Assembly (NCBI GenBank): GCA_965223265.1 | Contig: OZ244999.1 | Coordinates: 2,240,001 to 2,304,000 of the forward strand | Origin: Planctomycetota bacterium | GTDB lineage: Bacteria > Planctomycetota > UBA8108 > SXIK01 | Length of the DNA stretch: 64,000 nucleotides | Reading direction: 5' to 3' | Part shown: positions 48,953 through 59,562 of the stretch, piece by piece | How positions within the stretch are numbered: position 1 is the stretch's first letter | Layout of the letters: the number at the start of each line of letters is the position of its first letter | Made by a program: the position numbers and the translations under genes | Notes under the pieces: model-generated | The model's input: the letters and a program-made list of their open reading frames with translations, nothing else | What the model was told of the DNA's origin: nothing | The model's database searches: none

Positions 48953-50691
48953 CCCTCCGATGCAGTCGTGAACGCGATCGCATTAGGCGCCGGGTATGCT
49001 GCATCGGTTTCCCAAGAAAATGTGCGGCCATCGCTACTATTGAATCCCGAGGTTTCGAGAAACCTGAGGCATGGGCGGTTCTTCTCGGTTTCTCGGTAGA
49101 CCGCAACGACCTTCTTGGCGTTCGCTTCGCGCGCAAACGAGACGGCCTCGTGCAGCATCGCGTTCTCCACGGTCCGGCCCATAACCCTGCACGATAGGAT
49201 GAAATCGACGACGTGCGCGACGTGGTCGCGCAACTCGACGCTGAGAATTCCAGTCAAGCCGTAGTCGCCGAACTTGTCAGAGACTCTAAAAGCCCACATC
49301 CGGCGGTTCGACTGGCTTTTCCACTCCGTCAACTCTGACTCGGTCATTCTTCGCGTCGACAAGTTCATTTGGTTCGTCTTATTGAGCAGCTGTGCGATGC
49401 GTGGGATATTCTCTGTCGTCGTCGACTCGATCGTCACAGAGATGTTGAGCGACTCGATCCACTCAGACACCGATGGCAGCTTCGCCTTCAATGCTTGTCG
49501 CTCTTGCTCCGTCGCGTACATCGTTGCGCGTGAGCGGTCTTCCTCAGTTAGGAGCGGTGGTGGGAAACAGTTGAGCTCTTCCAGCTTCGAGGAGTAAAGC
49601 AGTGGGCTGCTGGGCCAATCTGGGACGAGCACCTCTGGCAGTGCCTCGCGTACGCGCTCCCGTTGGCCGGGATCGTCGTCGATGAACACGGCGGACTGTA
49701 AACCGAGATTGAGTGACTCGGCGATCTCGCAGAGGTTTCTGGCCTTGTCCTCCCAGTTGATGCGCCAGGCGGAGAAATCGTCCCGACGAAGAATCATCTC
49801 GGGATGGCGGTCGATCGCCTGCAGAGCCGTTGGCTCCTCGTTCCTGCTGACGATCGCGAGCAGAACTCCCTTGTTCTTCAATGCCTTCAGCGATTGTTGG
49901 AAGCGAACAAACGCTTCACCCACGGCATCGTGCCCGCCGAGTGCTAGCGACTCCCAGCCGATGTCACCGACGACGCCACCCCAGAGAGTGTTGTCCAGGT
50001 CGACTACCACCAGCTTGCGATGGTTTCCGAGCAAGCCCTTGAGAATGTTTTTGATCTCGAGCGCGGCATGTTGAAACACGGCGACCGAATAGGGGATTTT
50101 CGATAGGAACCAGTGGGACGGGCTGAATGCCCGCACCCCGGACATGCTGACCCAGCGTTCCGCGTTGACGACATAGAAGTGGCGCTTTTCTGCCAGGTTC
50201 GCCGCCAGACGTAGGTTCATTTGCATGAGAACGTTCGAGCGTCCGAGGCCGGGGGTCATGTCGGCGAGTCCCCACCCCTGGTGGGACGGAGATTCGACCC
50301 AGGTGGGAACGATGACGCACGGCGAAGGGATCTGAAGAAGTGCAGCACAGTACGCATCAACTTCCCCAAGAAGCTTGTCGATCGGCACGTTCTCGAAGGC
50401 GAGAAACCGGCCAAACGATTCGATCACCTCGGACGCCTGCGTCCAAACGACCGTCGCGAATGGGTTGTCTTGCCAATGCGGTGCGTTACGATCCGCGATC
50501 GACGCAATGACGTTGCCGAACGGTGCCGAGTCGACTTCCACTCGCGGCGCATCGTTCTCCTTCGTCAACAGCGCGGCGAAGTTCGCCGGGTTGAAGCTCG
50601 AGATCAAGAGAACTCTGCGCTTCTCCACCGAATCGTTGCTCCACCGGTTCCGCCGCCGCCGAATTGAAGGAAACGTGCGTACGTTCGACAA
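48949..50691 (-). CDS. fkbH: FkbH-like HAD-IIIC glyceryl transferase/phosphatase with C-terminal acyltransferase-like domain
   Basis: VVDLDNTLWGG, INWEDK, VFIDD, KTNQMNL, DKFGDYG, LSCRVMGR. The true start may be ~50628. Confidence 0.9.
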   Translation of the reverse strand: MSNVRTFPSIRRRRNRWSNDSVEKRRVLLISSFNPANFAALLTKENDAPRVEVDSAPFGNVIASIADRNAPHWQDNPFATVVWTQASEVIESFGRFLAFENVPIDKLLGEVDAYCAALLQIPSPCVIVPTWVESPSHQGWGLADMTPGLGRSNVLMQMNLRLAANLAEKRHFYVVNAERWVSMSGVRAFSPSHWFLSKIPYSVAVFQHAALEIKNILKGLLGNHRKLVVVDLDNTLWGGVVGDIGWESLALGGHDAVGEAFVRFQQSLKALKNKGVLLAIVSRNEEPTALQAIDRHPEMILRRDDFSAWRINWEDKARNLCEIAESLNLGLQSAVFIDDDPGQRERVREALPEVLVPDWPSSPLLYSSKLEELNCFPPPLLTEEDRSRATMYATEQERQALKAKLPSVSEWIESLNISVTIESTTTENIPRIAQLLNKTNQMNLSTRRMTESELTEWKSQSNRRMWAFRVSDKFGDYGLTGILSVELRDHVAHVVDFILSCRVMGRTVENAMLHEAVSFAREANAKKVVAVYRETEKNRPCLRFLETSGFNSSDGRTFSWETDAAYPAPNAIAFTTASEG

Positions 50692-50901
50692 GGATCCGAA
50701 TGATAGCAGAGGAGTCTGAGACGGTCAAGAAACCCAGAACTGGCGCCTCGATAGGATGACTTGGGTGAACTGTTCGTTCTCTCCGGTGCACCTCAATCTC
50801 CGTTGAGCCTCACCCGTTCGTTGACAGCATCTGTGAGGTCGATAGAATCGTGCGGTCGGTGTCGAGGGGCGGGATCTCGAAGCGCCACGAGGTAGGATTC
50901 C

Positions 50902-51210
50902 ATGCCAGCGGTTGACCGGAGCCGGCTTCTTGACGTCGTCTACGACGCGATTGACGAGGTGAACTCGCTCCGCGAGGCTTCACAACAGATTGAGAAGAGC
51001 GAAAACGTTCGGCTCTATGGGCAGGCCGGTGCGTTGGATTCGCTGGCGCTCGTCAACTTAGTCGTTGCGCTTGAGCAGGGAATTGACGACGCATTTGGGG
51101 TCGGCGTGTCTCTCGTCACCGAGGAGACGATGTCGCCGACAGAAAGTCCGTTTCGTACGGTGAAGCAGCTCGTCGACTATCTCGAGCCCTTGATCAGTGG
51201 CGCCTCATGA
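50902..51210 (+). CDS. Acyl carrier protein
   Basis: LDSLALV phosphopantetheine motif, small acidic protein, SPFRTV...L.DY. Confidence 0.85.
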   Translation: MPAVDRSRLLDVVYDAIDEVNSLREASQQIEKSENVRLYGQAGALDSLALVNLVVALEQGIDDAFGVGVSLVTEETMSPTESPFRTVKQLVDYLEPLISGAS

Positions 51211-51261
51211 CGGCGGCTCTCCATTCGCCGAAGTGACCTGGCGGTCTCGCCGGTGTTTTGT

Positions 51262-54200
51262 TTATTCGTCGAACAGAGTGAGTTGCGTAAACTGCGGCTG
51301 CGGTTTAGGGCGGTGCCGCGACGATGTCGCGACAAGAAGCTGCGGGTTGATCGTTTCCACGAACGGCGTGCGCGCGAGTCGGCGCACCTTACCTTGCCAG
51401 CGGCGCTGCGCTGCATGGGTGAGCAAAAGACGCTTTTCGGCACGGGTCATGCCGACGAAAAACAGACGTTGTTCTTCGATGAGATTCTCCGTGCTCGCGT
51501 CTCCATCGAAGCGAATGGGTAGGACGCCATCTTCGCAGCCGACGATGAAAACGATCGGGAACTCCAGACCCTTGGCAGCGTGCAGCGTCAAAAGCGAGAC
51601 CGCTTCGGCGCGAGGATCCCAGAGGTCCACGTCGACGCCAAGCTGGACGTCACTCACGAACTGTTCGACCTGATGGCTGCGCTCGGCGACCTGTAACAGG
51701 GGATCGAGGTACTCCTTGATCGTCGGGTCGTCCTGTTGCACCAGTGTTGCTACTTCAGTGATGTATTCCCGGACCGAGAGATCGCTGCGCCGCTCAAGCG
51801 GTGTGGCGGCGATGTGCGCGAGGAGTGTCTCCACGGCTGGGACTGCGGCGAGGCGCTCGTGAGAGCGCTGCTGAAAAGGCATGCCGGAGCGATGGAGGGC
51901 TTTGGCGATGACGTCTGCCTGTTTTTGCGTTCGGTAGAGAACCGCGAAGTCGCAGAAGGCGAGTGAGCTTCTGTCTTCGCCGGCTGTGACGCGGCCGCTG
52001 TCCATCGAAAAGAACGTCGAACCGCCGATCATGCGCTCGATCGAATGAACGACAAACTCAGCCTCCGCCCGATCGGAGGCGCAGGCCCGCACCTCGATGT
52101 GCGGAAAACCGTCGGTGACGCTGGTCAGCGAGCGGTCGGCCACCAGGCTGACCGGTGCGATCATTTGCATGGAGGCATCGACGATCGCACGTGAAGAGCG
52201 GTAGTTCGTCGTCAGCGAAACCTCACGCGCCGATGGGAAGTCTTTCTTGAATGACTGAAAGAATCGTACGTCGCCACCGCGAAAACGGTAGATCGCTTGG
52301 TCAGGGTCGCCGATGACGCAGATGTTGCCGTCGCTGGGTGCCAGTTGGCGAATGAGGCGATACTGCAAGATGTCGACGTCTTGATACTCGTCGACAGAAA
52401 TCCAGCGAAAACGTTCGCGGTATGCGGCTGCGAGATCAGGGCAGTCGTCAAATAGTTCGACCGGCAGTACGACCAGATCGTCGAAGTCGACGCAGCCGGT
52501 TTCGCGCAGCTCGGCGTCGTACTGCTGCGTGAGCGCCTCGAGAACATCCGTGGTTATCGCTGCGCCAGACCTTTGAAGGTTTCGATCGTCGGCACGTTCT
52601 TTGTGTTGGCCGCCGCGTTTAAACCGTGAGAGCGTGCGCAGGAGCTGTTCGAGCTTGCGCTTCCCCCGCAACTGAGCGCCGACACCGAGCGTGCGGGCGG
52701 ACTTCTTCGCTGCTTCGAGTTGCTCAGCGGTCGTGGCGATGCGAATGGGGCATTTCACACCGACACGTGCGCCGTGCTCTTCGAGGACAGATCGACCGAA
52801 GGCGTGAAACGTCGCGACGACGATGCGGCGTGCAGCAGCTCCGAGTGTCTGCCGCAGGCGACGGCGCATTTCCTCTGCGGCTCGGTTCGTGAAGGTGATG
52901 GCCAGACAGCTTTCCGGTCGAGCTTCACCTCGTTGAACGAGGCGCACGAGTCGCTGCGTCAATGTACGGGTCTTGCCGCTGCCGGGGCCAGCAACGATGA
53001 TGACGGGCCCGCTGGTTAGGTTCACGGCCAGAGTCTGCTCGGCGTCGAGTTCATCGTTCGGCTCGCTGCTGGCCGCCGTGGATGCAGCGGATGCATCGCC
53101 GCTGTGGATGACCGGCTTTTCCTGCAAGGCGGCGTCAGTTCTCTTCGCTGGCGTCGCTTCTGCGGCTGCTGCCGCTGCCGGCCGTTTCGATGTCGTCTGG
53201 TCCGGCAGGGCGAACAGGAGCCCGCCTTCTCTGCGGCGAGCTAGCTCCTCCGGATCGAATAGGCGGATGGTGCCGTACTGGCCGTCGAATCCGGGTTCAC
53301 GGATGACGTCGCCTTCGCGCATGCGGCGGAGGGCCTCAGCGACCAAGGGCGATCCTGCACCTTCGACTTCCTCGAGCGGAACGTCTTCCAAAATTGACAG
53401 CTCCGGTCCAAGGCGCGAGACCAGGTGGGCGTAGCGGGTTTGCACGGCTTTGCTCTTCGGTCCTACCCCTTGGACCTCGGAGATCACTTCTTCTAAGGGC
53501 ACGAAACTTCTGAATGGGGAATCGTCGTCGGTGCGAAAACTTTCGTCGCGGTCAGCCAGCTCGCTGATGCGGCGCATGACGCCCAGTGTCAGCGGCTGAC
53601 CACACTCCGGGCAGCGGTCGTCACACTCGCGAGACTCTTCGGGGGTCAAGCAGACGCCACACTTGCGGTGTCCATCGAGGTGGTACTTTCCCTCCTCAGC
53701 GAAAAACTCGACGGTGCCGCCATAGTCCTCCCGCGTCTCGAGCGCGCGCCGCATGGCCCAGTAGTCGAGATCCGTCTCAAAGCGACACGCCTCGCGGCCG
53801 ATCTTTGGTGGCGAGTGGGCATCCGAGTTCGACACCAAGGTGTAACGATCAAGCATCGATAGCCGGCGATTCATCGGCGGATCGGAGGAGAGGCCGGTTT
53901 CCACAGCGAAGATCTCTCCGGCGAGATCGCCGTAGCAGTGCTCGATGGAGTCGAACCCTGACTTCGAGCCGAGGGCTGCGAACCATGGTGTCCAGATGTG
54001 TGCTGGAATCAGGTAGCACCCTTCACCCGACTCGAGCGTGATTTCGAGGAGATCACGAGAGTCGAGTCCTAGGATTGGCCGTCCATCGGAAGCGAGGTTG
54101 CCGATGCGTCCGAGCGCGCGATTGAACCGGCGCACCGATTCGAGATCCGGAGCATAGATCAGGTGATGGACTTTGCGGGTGGCGTCGTCCTTTTTGTAGA

Positions 54201-54489
54201 TCGTCGAGATCTCAACCTCGAGCAAGAAGCGCGTCGGCGGCGCGGCGGGACCGTCGAGCCAGCTGTCGACCAGCGCCTCGAGCTCGGGCGTCAGCCGGAA
54301 CAGACCCGGCTCAGCGGCAACGAGTTTGGTTTCGATCTCGCTGAGCCACTCCGGATGGGTGAAGTCGCCGGTGCCGAGAACGGTGACGCCTTTCTTGCGC
54401 GCCCAGAAGGACATGTGCTCCAGATCGAGGTCACGGCTAGTTGCGCGTGAATACTTCGAATGCACGTGAAGATCGGCATAGAAGCCCAT
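51262..54489 (-). CDS. PHP/endonuclease Q domain fused to a UvrD/Rep-type helicase
   Basis: ADLHVHSKYSRATS, GTGDFTHP, PAHIWTP, SNSDAHS, GKYH.DGH and a C4 zinc site; then AGPGSGKT, VDEYQD, GDPDQAIY, NYRS, TLHAAKGLEF, EEQRLFFVGMTRA. Confidence 0.92.
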   Translation of the reverse strand: MGFYADLHVHSKYSRATSRDLDLEHMSFWARKKGVTVLGTGDFTHPEWLSEIETKLVAAEPGLFRLTPELEALVDSWLDGPAAPPTRFLLEVEISTIYKKDDATRKVHHLIYAPDLESVRRFNRALGRIGNLASDGRPILGLDSRDLLEITLESGEGCYLIPAHIWTPWFAALGSKSGFDSIEHCYGDLAGEIFAVETGLSSDPPMNRRLSMLDRYTLVSNSDAHSPPKIGREACRFETDLDYWAMRRALETREDYGGTVEFFAEEGKYHLDGHRKCGVCLTPEESRECDDRCPECGQPLTLGVMRRISELADRDESFRTDDDSPFRSFVPLEEVISEVQGVGPKSKAVQTRYAHLVSRLGPELSILEDVPLEEVEGAGSPLVAEALRRMREGDVIREPGFDGQYGTIRLFDPEELARRREGGLLFALPDQTTSKRPAAAAAAEATPAKRTDAALQEKPVIHSGDASAASTAASSEPNDELDAEQTLAVNLTSGPVIIVAGPGSGKTRTLTQRLVRLVQRGEARPESCLAITFTNRAAEEMRRRLRQTLGAAARRIVVATFHAFGRSVLEEHGARVGVKCPIRIATTAEQLEAAKKSARTLGVGAQLRGKRKLEQLLRTLSRFKRGGQHKERADDRNLQRSGAAITTDVLEALTQQYDAELRETGCVDFDDLVVLPVELFDDCPDLAAAYRERFRWISVDEYQDVDILQYRLIRQLAPSDGNICVIGDPDQAIYRFRGGDVRFFQSFKKDFPSAREVSLTTNYRSSRAIVDASMQMIAPVSLVADRSLTSVTDGFPHIEVRACASDRAEAEFVVHSIERMIGGSTFFSMDSGRVTAGEDRSSLAFCDFAVLYRTQKQADVIAKALHRSGMPFQQRSHERLAAVPAVETLLAHIAATPLERRSDLSVREYITEVATLVQQDDPTIKEYLDPLLQVAERSHQVEQFVSDVQLGVDVDLWDPRAEAVSLLTLHAAKGLEFPIVFIVGCEDGVLPIRFDGDASTENLIEEQRLFFVGMTRAEKRLLLTHAAQRRWQGKVRRLARTPFVETINPQLLVATSSRHRPKPQPQFTQLTLFDE

Positions 54490-55005
54490 CGGAGCCTCCG
54501 GACGGATTCTCGGATCGAACCGGCGCGATAGATTGATCAGGACACGGCTTGTTCAGAATGCGGGGGACTGCGAGAGTTACGTGGATCGCGTGGCCGCGCC
54601 ATCGCGACGAGTCTCAATGCGCACGAGGATGTCCGCGAGCTGCGCGATAACCCGGCGCGAGTCACGCAGGTGCTCGTCAGACGTTGTGTGTGCACGAGAA
54701 GCGCCGCAAGCACAAGGAACCACCATGAACCACCTGAGGCTTCTCTCTGCGCGGCATTGTGTTCCAACGCGGCGGTGATGTCCATGCCTGATTTTTCGCG
54801 GGAATCGTATCGACGCGCGATCACCGTCGACCTCTCTCTGTTCTTACCTGTAGCGCGGTGGTCCCGCGACTCGAATCCTGGACCTCAAGTCGTGAGGCCG
54901 TCTGGGTTTTGGGGTGCACGCCGGAGCTATTTGATGGATCATGGCTCGCTCCGACGCCAAGCTCAGCGTGGCGCGGAGGGTCGGTGCATCTGTGGAGGTT
55001 TCCTT

Positions 55006-56952
55006 ATGGCACGGACGAACCGAGGCGACGAGGAGCGCGGCGATTGGCGTGGCGCCTACGGGCGCGTCGCAGCGTGGATTGCGTTGGCTTCTCTGATTGG
55101 TGGCATTGCTTCGCTGCTAGCTTTTCCGTGGGGGTCGCTAGCGACGAGGCTTTTTCTTCCCGCGGCCCTCTTTGGTGAAGCTGCAATCGTCGCCGTCCTT
55201 GGCGTCGCCTTGAGCGTGAGCGGGGGGCGTCGCGGCGCTCTCATTGCCAACCTCGTGCTTGTTGTGGTCATTGTTCTCACGGTCGCTTCTGGGGTGTCCC
55301 GGCTGGCTCAGGGATGGGGACTGAGAGGTGGTGCTCCACTCGACTGGCGCGGAAGGGTTGTGCTGCCCGATGATTACGAGCACCCCGACGCAGGCTTGTT
55401 GGACGTGAGCGTGAGCTACGAGTGGTTTGGCCGGGGACTCAGGTATAGCCATGGTTACATAGATGAGAACGGAGTCTTCGTGATACCGCCCCAGTTCGAT
55501 GTCGCGGGGGCCTTTAATGACGGCGTCGCCGTGGTCTCTGTGGACGATGAATACGGCGTGATTGATGCGAGTGGGACGTGGTTCGTTCTCCCAGGCTACA
55601 CGTCTTGCCTGTGGCGTTTTCGTAACCATCGTCTCGGGGTCGAAGCTCTATCCGGGCTCTGGGGATTTGTCGACCCCAACGGAGTTGAGGTCATCGCGCC
55701 TCGGTTCGACGAAGTTAGACACTTTTACGAAAATTATGCCGCCGTGCGGATCGGCGACCTGTGGGGATACGTAGATCAAAGCGGAGAGATGATCGAGCCT
55801 CAGTTCGACGAGGCTCAGTATTTTGCCGGAGGTCTCGCCGCTGTGCGAACCGGCGACCTGTGGGGATACGTAGACCGACACGGGGAGTACGCGATTCCGC
55901 CGCGTTTTGGCGAAGCATGGCCTCTTTCCGATGATCGAGCCGCGGTGAACGTCGGTGGCTTCACTTCTGCGATGCTCGAGTGTCGCGGTGGCGCCTGGGG
56001 CTACGTCGACAACGAGGGAAAGTTGGCGATCCCCCCGAGATTTCCGAGCCCGAGCTGGTTCGATGCGGGGGTCGCCAAGGTCGAACTCGGCGCGCACGAG
56101 TTTCGAATCAACAAGCAGGGAGGCATCGTCGGCACGCGGGCGCCGGCGGGTGACGAACGATGGACGCCTCGTTTCACGGCGGGTCAGCGCCGTGAGTTTA
56201 TGCTGTCACAAGAGGTCATTACACAAGGGATCGATTCAGAAACCGTTGTGATGGCAGACCGAGACATTGAAGTGACGGTGCGAGAGGTCAAATCTGAGGG
56301 TGCCGCCATCGATTGGCGCGCTGGGACTCTCGATATGGTCGACGGCGACCGACAGGATATCCCGAAATGGTTTCGCCTTGATGAAGACTTTCAGTACCGC
56401 GTTCGCACCGATGCGAGTGGCTGTCCCCAAAGGCTGGAGAATCTCGTCGCGTATCAGAAGGTCGTAGCACCCACCAACGGAAAGGGGCATGAAGACGAAG
56501 CGGGCGAGGCGGATTTGACGACGAACGGTACGTCTGAAGGAGGGTCTCTCGGCATTTCACCAGATTTTCTCGAGGCTTTCGCACTGCGCGATATGTCGAT
56601 TCTCTTTGGGGCCTGTGCCGTGCCAGCGATCGCAGCGGAGTCGAAGCCTCGGCGCGAGTTGGTGTGGCTGCCTCGTTTTGGCGCGTTCGAAACGGAGACA
56701 AATCTTCAAGTACTTTTGCCGGCGTCGGACGAGGACGTTGTCGTCGTGCACCGTTGGCAGCAGGGGCAGCCCGCCGGAAGATCTGGCGCCGAGGAGAGGT
56801 CGCGCGTGACTGATAGACTCTTCGTGCAGACGATCTACGAGATTGACCCTGCTAGCGGTTGGCCACGAGACGTCACGTACGAATCGACCGTGCGCCTTGG
56901 AGACGATGTGCAGTATTTGCGAATGATCTTCGAAGCCGTCACTGACGATTAG
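55006..56952 (+). CDS. Membrane protein with WG repeats
   Basis: Three TM helices, then repeats of WG[YF]VD..G...I.P.F....F. ATG at 55006 follows GGAGG. Confidence 0.85.
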   Translation: MARTNRGDEERGDWRGAYGRVAAWIALASLIGGIASLLAFPWGSLATRLFLPAALFGEAAIVAVLGVALSVSGGRRGALIANLVLVVVIVLTVASGVSRLAQGWGLRGGAPLDWRGRVVLPDDYEHPDAGLLDVSVSYEWFGRGLRYSHGYIDENGVFVIPPQFDVAGAFNDGVAVVSVDDEYGVIDASGTWFVLPGYTSCLWRFRNHRLGVEALSGLWGFVDPNGVEVIAPRFDEVRHFYENYAAVRIGDLWGYVDQSGEMIEPQFDEAQYFAGGLAAVRTGDLWGYVDRHGEYAIPPRFGEAWPLSDDRAAVNVGGFTSAMLECRGGAWGYVDNEGKLAIPPRFPSPSWFDAGVAKVELGAHEFRINKQGGIVGTRAPAGDERWTPRFTAGQRREFMLSQEVITQGIDSETVVMADRDIEVTVREVKSEGAAIDWRAGTLDMVDGDRQDIPKWFRLDEDFQYRVRTDASGCPQRLENLVAYQKVVAPTNGKGHEDEAGEADLTTNGTSEGGSLGISPDFLEAFALRDMSILFGACAVPAIAAESKPRRELVWLPRFGAFETETNLQVLLPASDEDVVVVHRWQQGQPAGRSGAEERSRVTDRLFVQTIYEIDPASGWPRDVTYESTVRLGDDVQYLRMIFEAVTDD

Positions 56953-57096
56953 ACCGCGCGTTCTTCGGCCGGCGTACCGCCTCTCCGGACTCCGCTCAGT
57001 TGTGTGTGCGCGGCGCACCGAACTTGAGGGTTTGCGCCGCACCTCGAATCTCTGTAGCATGGGCGCCTTCTTTCCCACCGTGAGCACGAGTGCGCC

Positions 57097-57450
57097 ATGC
57101 CTGACAACGCCCCAAGCGCCGACTCCGCTGACCGCCCAGCGCCGCAGCCGCGCGAGGTCGAGATCAGCGCCTCTCTGGCGCGCTATTGGCGGTCGAACGT
57201 TCTGACGATGGCGTTTCTGCTTGTGATCTGGGCGGCCGCGGGGCTCGGCTGCGGCGTCCTCTTCGCTGACCGGTTGAACGCCTACAAGATCGGCGGCTAT
57301 CCGCTCGGCTTTTGGTTCGCACAGCAGGGCTCGATCATCGTCTTCGTGCTCATCATTTTGATTTACGCCATTGCCCTCAACCGGCTCGACGCCAAACACC
57401 ACCGCGAAATCGAGGCGATCAAAGCAAGGCGCGGCGAGGGGCGATCATGA
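57097..57450 (+). CDS. Solute:sodium symporter small subunit (DUF4212)
   Basis: YWRSN...GGYPLGFWFAQQGS. ATGA overlap with the next gene. Confidence 0.9.
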   Translation: MPDNAPSADSADRPAPQPREVEISASLARYWRSNVLTMAFLLVIWAAAGLGCGVLFADRLNAYKIGGYPLGFWFAQQGSIIVFVLIILIYAIALNRLDAKHHREIEAIKARRGEGRS

Positions 57451-59303
57451 GCGTTCGTGCGTGGACATTCATCTTCGTCGGCATCACGTTCGGGCTTTAC
57501 CTCGTGATCGCCTGGCTCAGCCGCGTGCGCGACACCAAGGGCTTCTACGTTGCCGGCCGCGGCGTCCCGGCCGCAGCCAACGGCATGGCGACGGCGGCGG
57601 ACTGGATGAGCGCAGCCTCGTTCATCTCCATGGCCGGGCTCATCAGCTTCATGGGCTACGCCGGGGGCATGTATCTCATGGGCTGGACGGGGGGCTACGT
57701 CTTGCTCGCGCTTCTCCTCGCGCCGTACCTACGCAAGTTCGGTCACTTCACCGTGCCGGACTTCATCGGTGACCGCTACGCATCGGATATGGCGCGTGCC
57801 GTCGCCGTCGTCTCGGCGCTCTTCGTCAGCTTCACGTACGTGGCGGGGCAGATGCGCGGCGTCGGTGTCGTCTTCTCTCGTTTCCTCGAGGTCGACATCA
57901 ATGTCGGCGTCATGATCGGCATGGGCATCGTTTTCATCTACGCCACGCTCGGCGGCATGAAGGGCATCACCTGGACGCAGGTAGCGCAGTATTGGGTGCT
58001 GATCACGGCCTTCCTGATTCCCGCCATCGCCATCAGCATTCGCCTCACCGGCCAGGCGTTACCACAGGTCGGACTTGGCTCGGAGCTGCAGGCTGGAGGG
58101 TACCTGCTCGAGAAGCTGAACCAGATCCACGCTGATCTTGGTTTTTCGAGTTACACCGCGGCGTTCGAAGGCAAGTGGGATAAGGCCAACGTTTTCTTCG
58201 TGACGCTCGCCCTGATGGCTGGCACGGCAGGCTTGCCGCACGTGATCGTGCGTTTCTACACGGTGAAGAACGTGCGCGCGGCGCGCTCGTCGGCCTTCTG
58301 GGCACTGTTCTTCATTTCGCTTCTCTACCTCACGGCGCCTGCCACGGCGGCATTTGCGCGCTACTACATGATCGACTCTCTGCAGGGGAAGGTCGCCTCA
58401 GAGCTTCCGAACTGGTTTCGCAGTTGGGAAAAGACAGGACTGATCCTTTGGCTCGACGACGGGGACGGCAAGCTGCGCTACTCGGCCGGAGATGACAACG
58501 AGGTGTTCAGCTTCAACGCCGGGAAGGTTCGCGAGAGCGCCGGCGAAGCCGTGCCGCATGCGACGATCGCCGCGAATCACCAGGCATGGATCTCCACAGC
58601 CGGCCGTGAGGGGGAGGACTGGCGGCCGCGGCTGCGTCAAGCGGGGCTTTCTGGGCCGGACCGCGACATCATCGTCTTGGCGACCCCTGAAATGGCGGAC
58701 CTTGCCGCGTGGATCATCGCGCTGGTCGCGGCCGGCGGACTGGCTGCGGCGCTGTCGACAGCGTCGGGGCTATTGTTGGTGATCTCATCCGCTGTGGCAC
58801 ACGATGTCTACGCGCGCATGGTCAACCCGGATGCGAACGAGAAGAACAGGCTTCTTGTCGGGCGAGCGGTGATCGGAGTTGCCGTCGTCGTCGCGGGCCT
58901 CTTCGGCATCTTTCCACCGGGATTTGTCAGCGAAGTCGTAGCCTTCGCGTTCGGCCTTGCCGCGGCATCTTTTTTTCCCGCGATCGTTCTCGGCATCTTC
59001 TCCAAAAGAGTGGGCACGATCCCCGCCGTTGCCGGAATGGTCGTTGGGCTAGCGTTCACCAGCTACTACATCGTGAGTGTCGTCTACGCGGAGATGGAGC
59101 CGTGGACCTTCGGAATGTTCGAGCGCGGCATCAGCGCACAAGGGATCGGCTCGATCGGGATGCTCCTCAACTTCGTCGTCACGTTAGCGCTGACGCCGTT
59201 CTTCCCAGCCCCCAGCGCGAAGGTACAGGAGCTCGTCGATCTCGTGCGCGAGCCCGAAGGCGACGCGCCTGCCGTCGACATTGACTCTGCGCCCGAGCAC
59301 TAA
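57447..59303 (+). CDS. Sodium:solute symporter (ActP-like cation/acetate symporter family)
   Basis: FYVAGRGV, ATAADWMSAASF, GGMKGITWTQ, GTAGLPH, AAALSTASGLLL. Confidence 0.92.
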   Translation: MSVRAWTFIFVGITFGLYLVIAWLSRVRDTKGFYVAGRGVPAAANGMATAADWMSAASFISMAGLISFMGYAGGMYLMGWTGGYVLLALLLAPYLRKFGHFTVPDFIGDRYASDMARAVAVVSALFVSFTYVAGQMRGVGVVFSRFLEVDINVGVMIGMGIVFIYATLGGMKGITWTQVAQYWVLITAFLIPAIAISIRLTGQALPQVGLGSELQAGGYLLEKLNQIHADLGFSSYTAAFEGKWDKANVFFVTLALMAGTAGLPHVIVRFYTVKNVRAARSSAFWALFFISLLYLTAPATAAFARYYMIDSLQGKVASELPNWFRSWEKTGLILWLDDGDGKLRYSAGDDNEVFSFNAGKVRESAGEAVPHATIAANHQAWISTAGREGEDWRPRLRQAGLSGPDRDIIVLATPEMADLAAWIIALVAAGGLAAALSTASGLLLVISSAVAHDVYARMVNPDANEKNRLLVGRAVIGVAVVVAGLFGIFPPGFVSEVVAFAFGLAAASFFPAIVLGIFSKRVGTIPAVAGMVVGLAFTSYYIVSVVYAEMEPWTFGMFERGISAQGIGSIGMLLNFVVTLALTPFFPAPSAKVQELVDLVREPEGDAPAVDIDSAPEH

Positions 59304-59562
59304 CCCGGTCTTCTCATGAGATTCCGTCGCGAGGCGCCGTAGGTTGGGGCCTGGCAAGGAAGAGTGATCGATCCGACCGGAGGCGTGGTTCCTCCACATC
59401 GAGGATCGGATCGATTACTCTGACGCAGTCCAGGGCTCATCATGCGGTGCCGCAGCAGAAATCTCATGAGAAGACCGAGTCAACGCCGGGTCCGCCGCGC
59501 GACGTGTCTTCTGTCCCACCTCGCGGCTCGGGAGCTCACGCGTCAGGTCGTCTCGGCGCAGG

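Noticed and set aside
59367-59415. Inverted repeat ATCGATCCGA/TCGGATCGAT
   Set aside because: Single copy between convergent genes, most simply a terminator-like hairpin.
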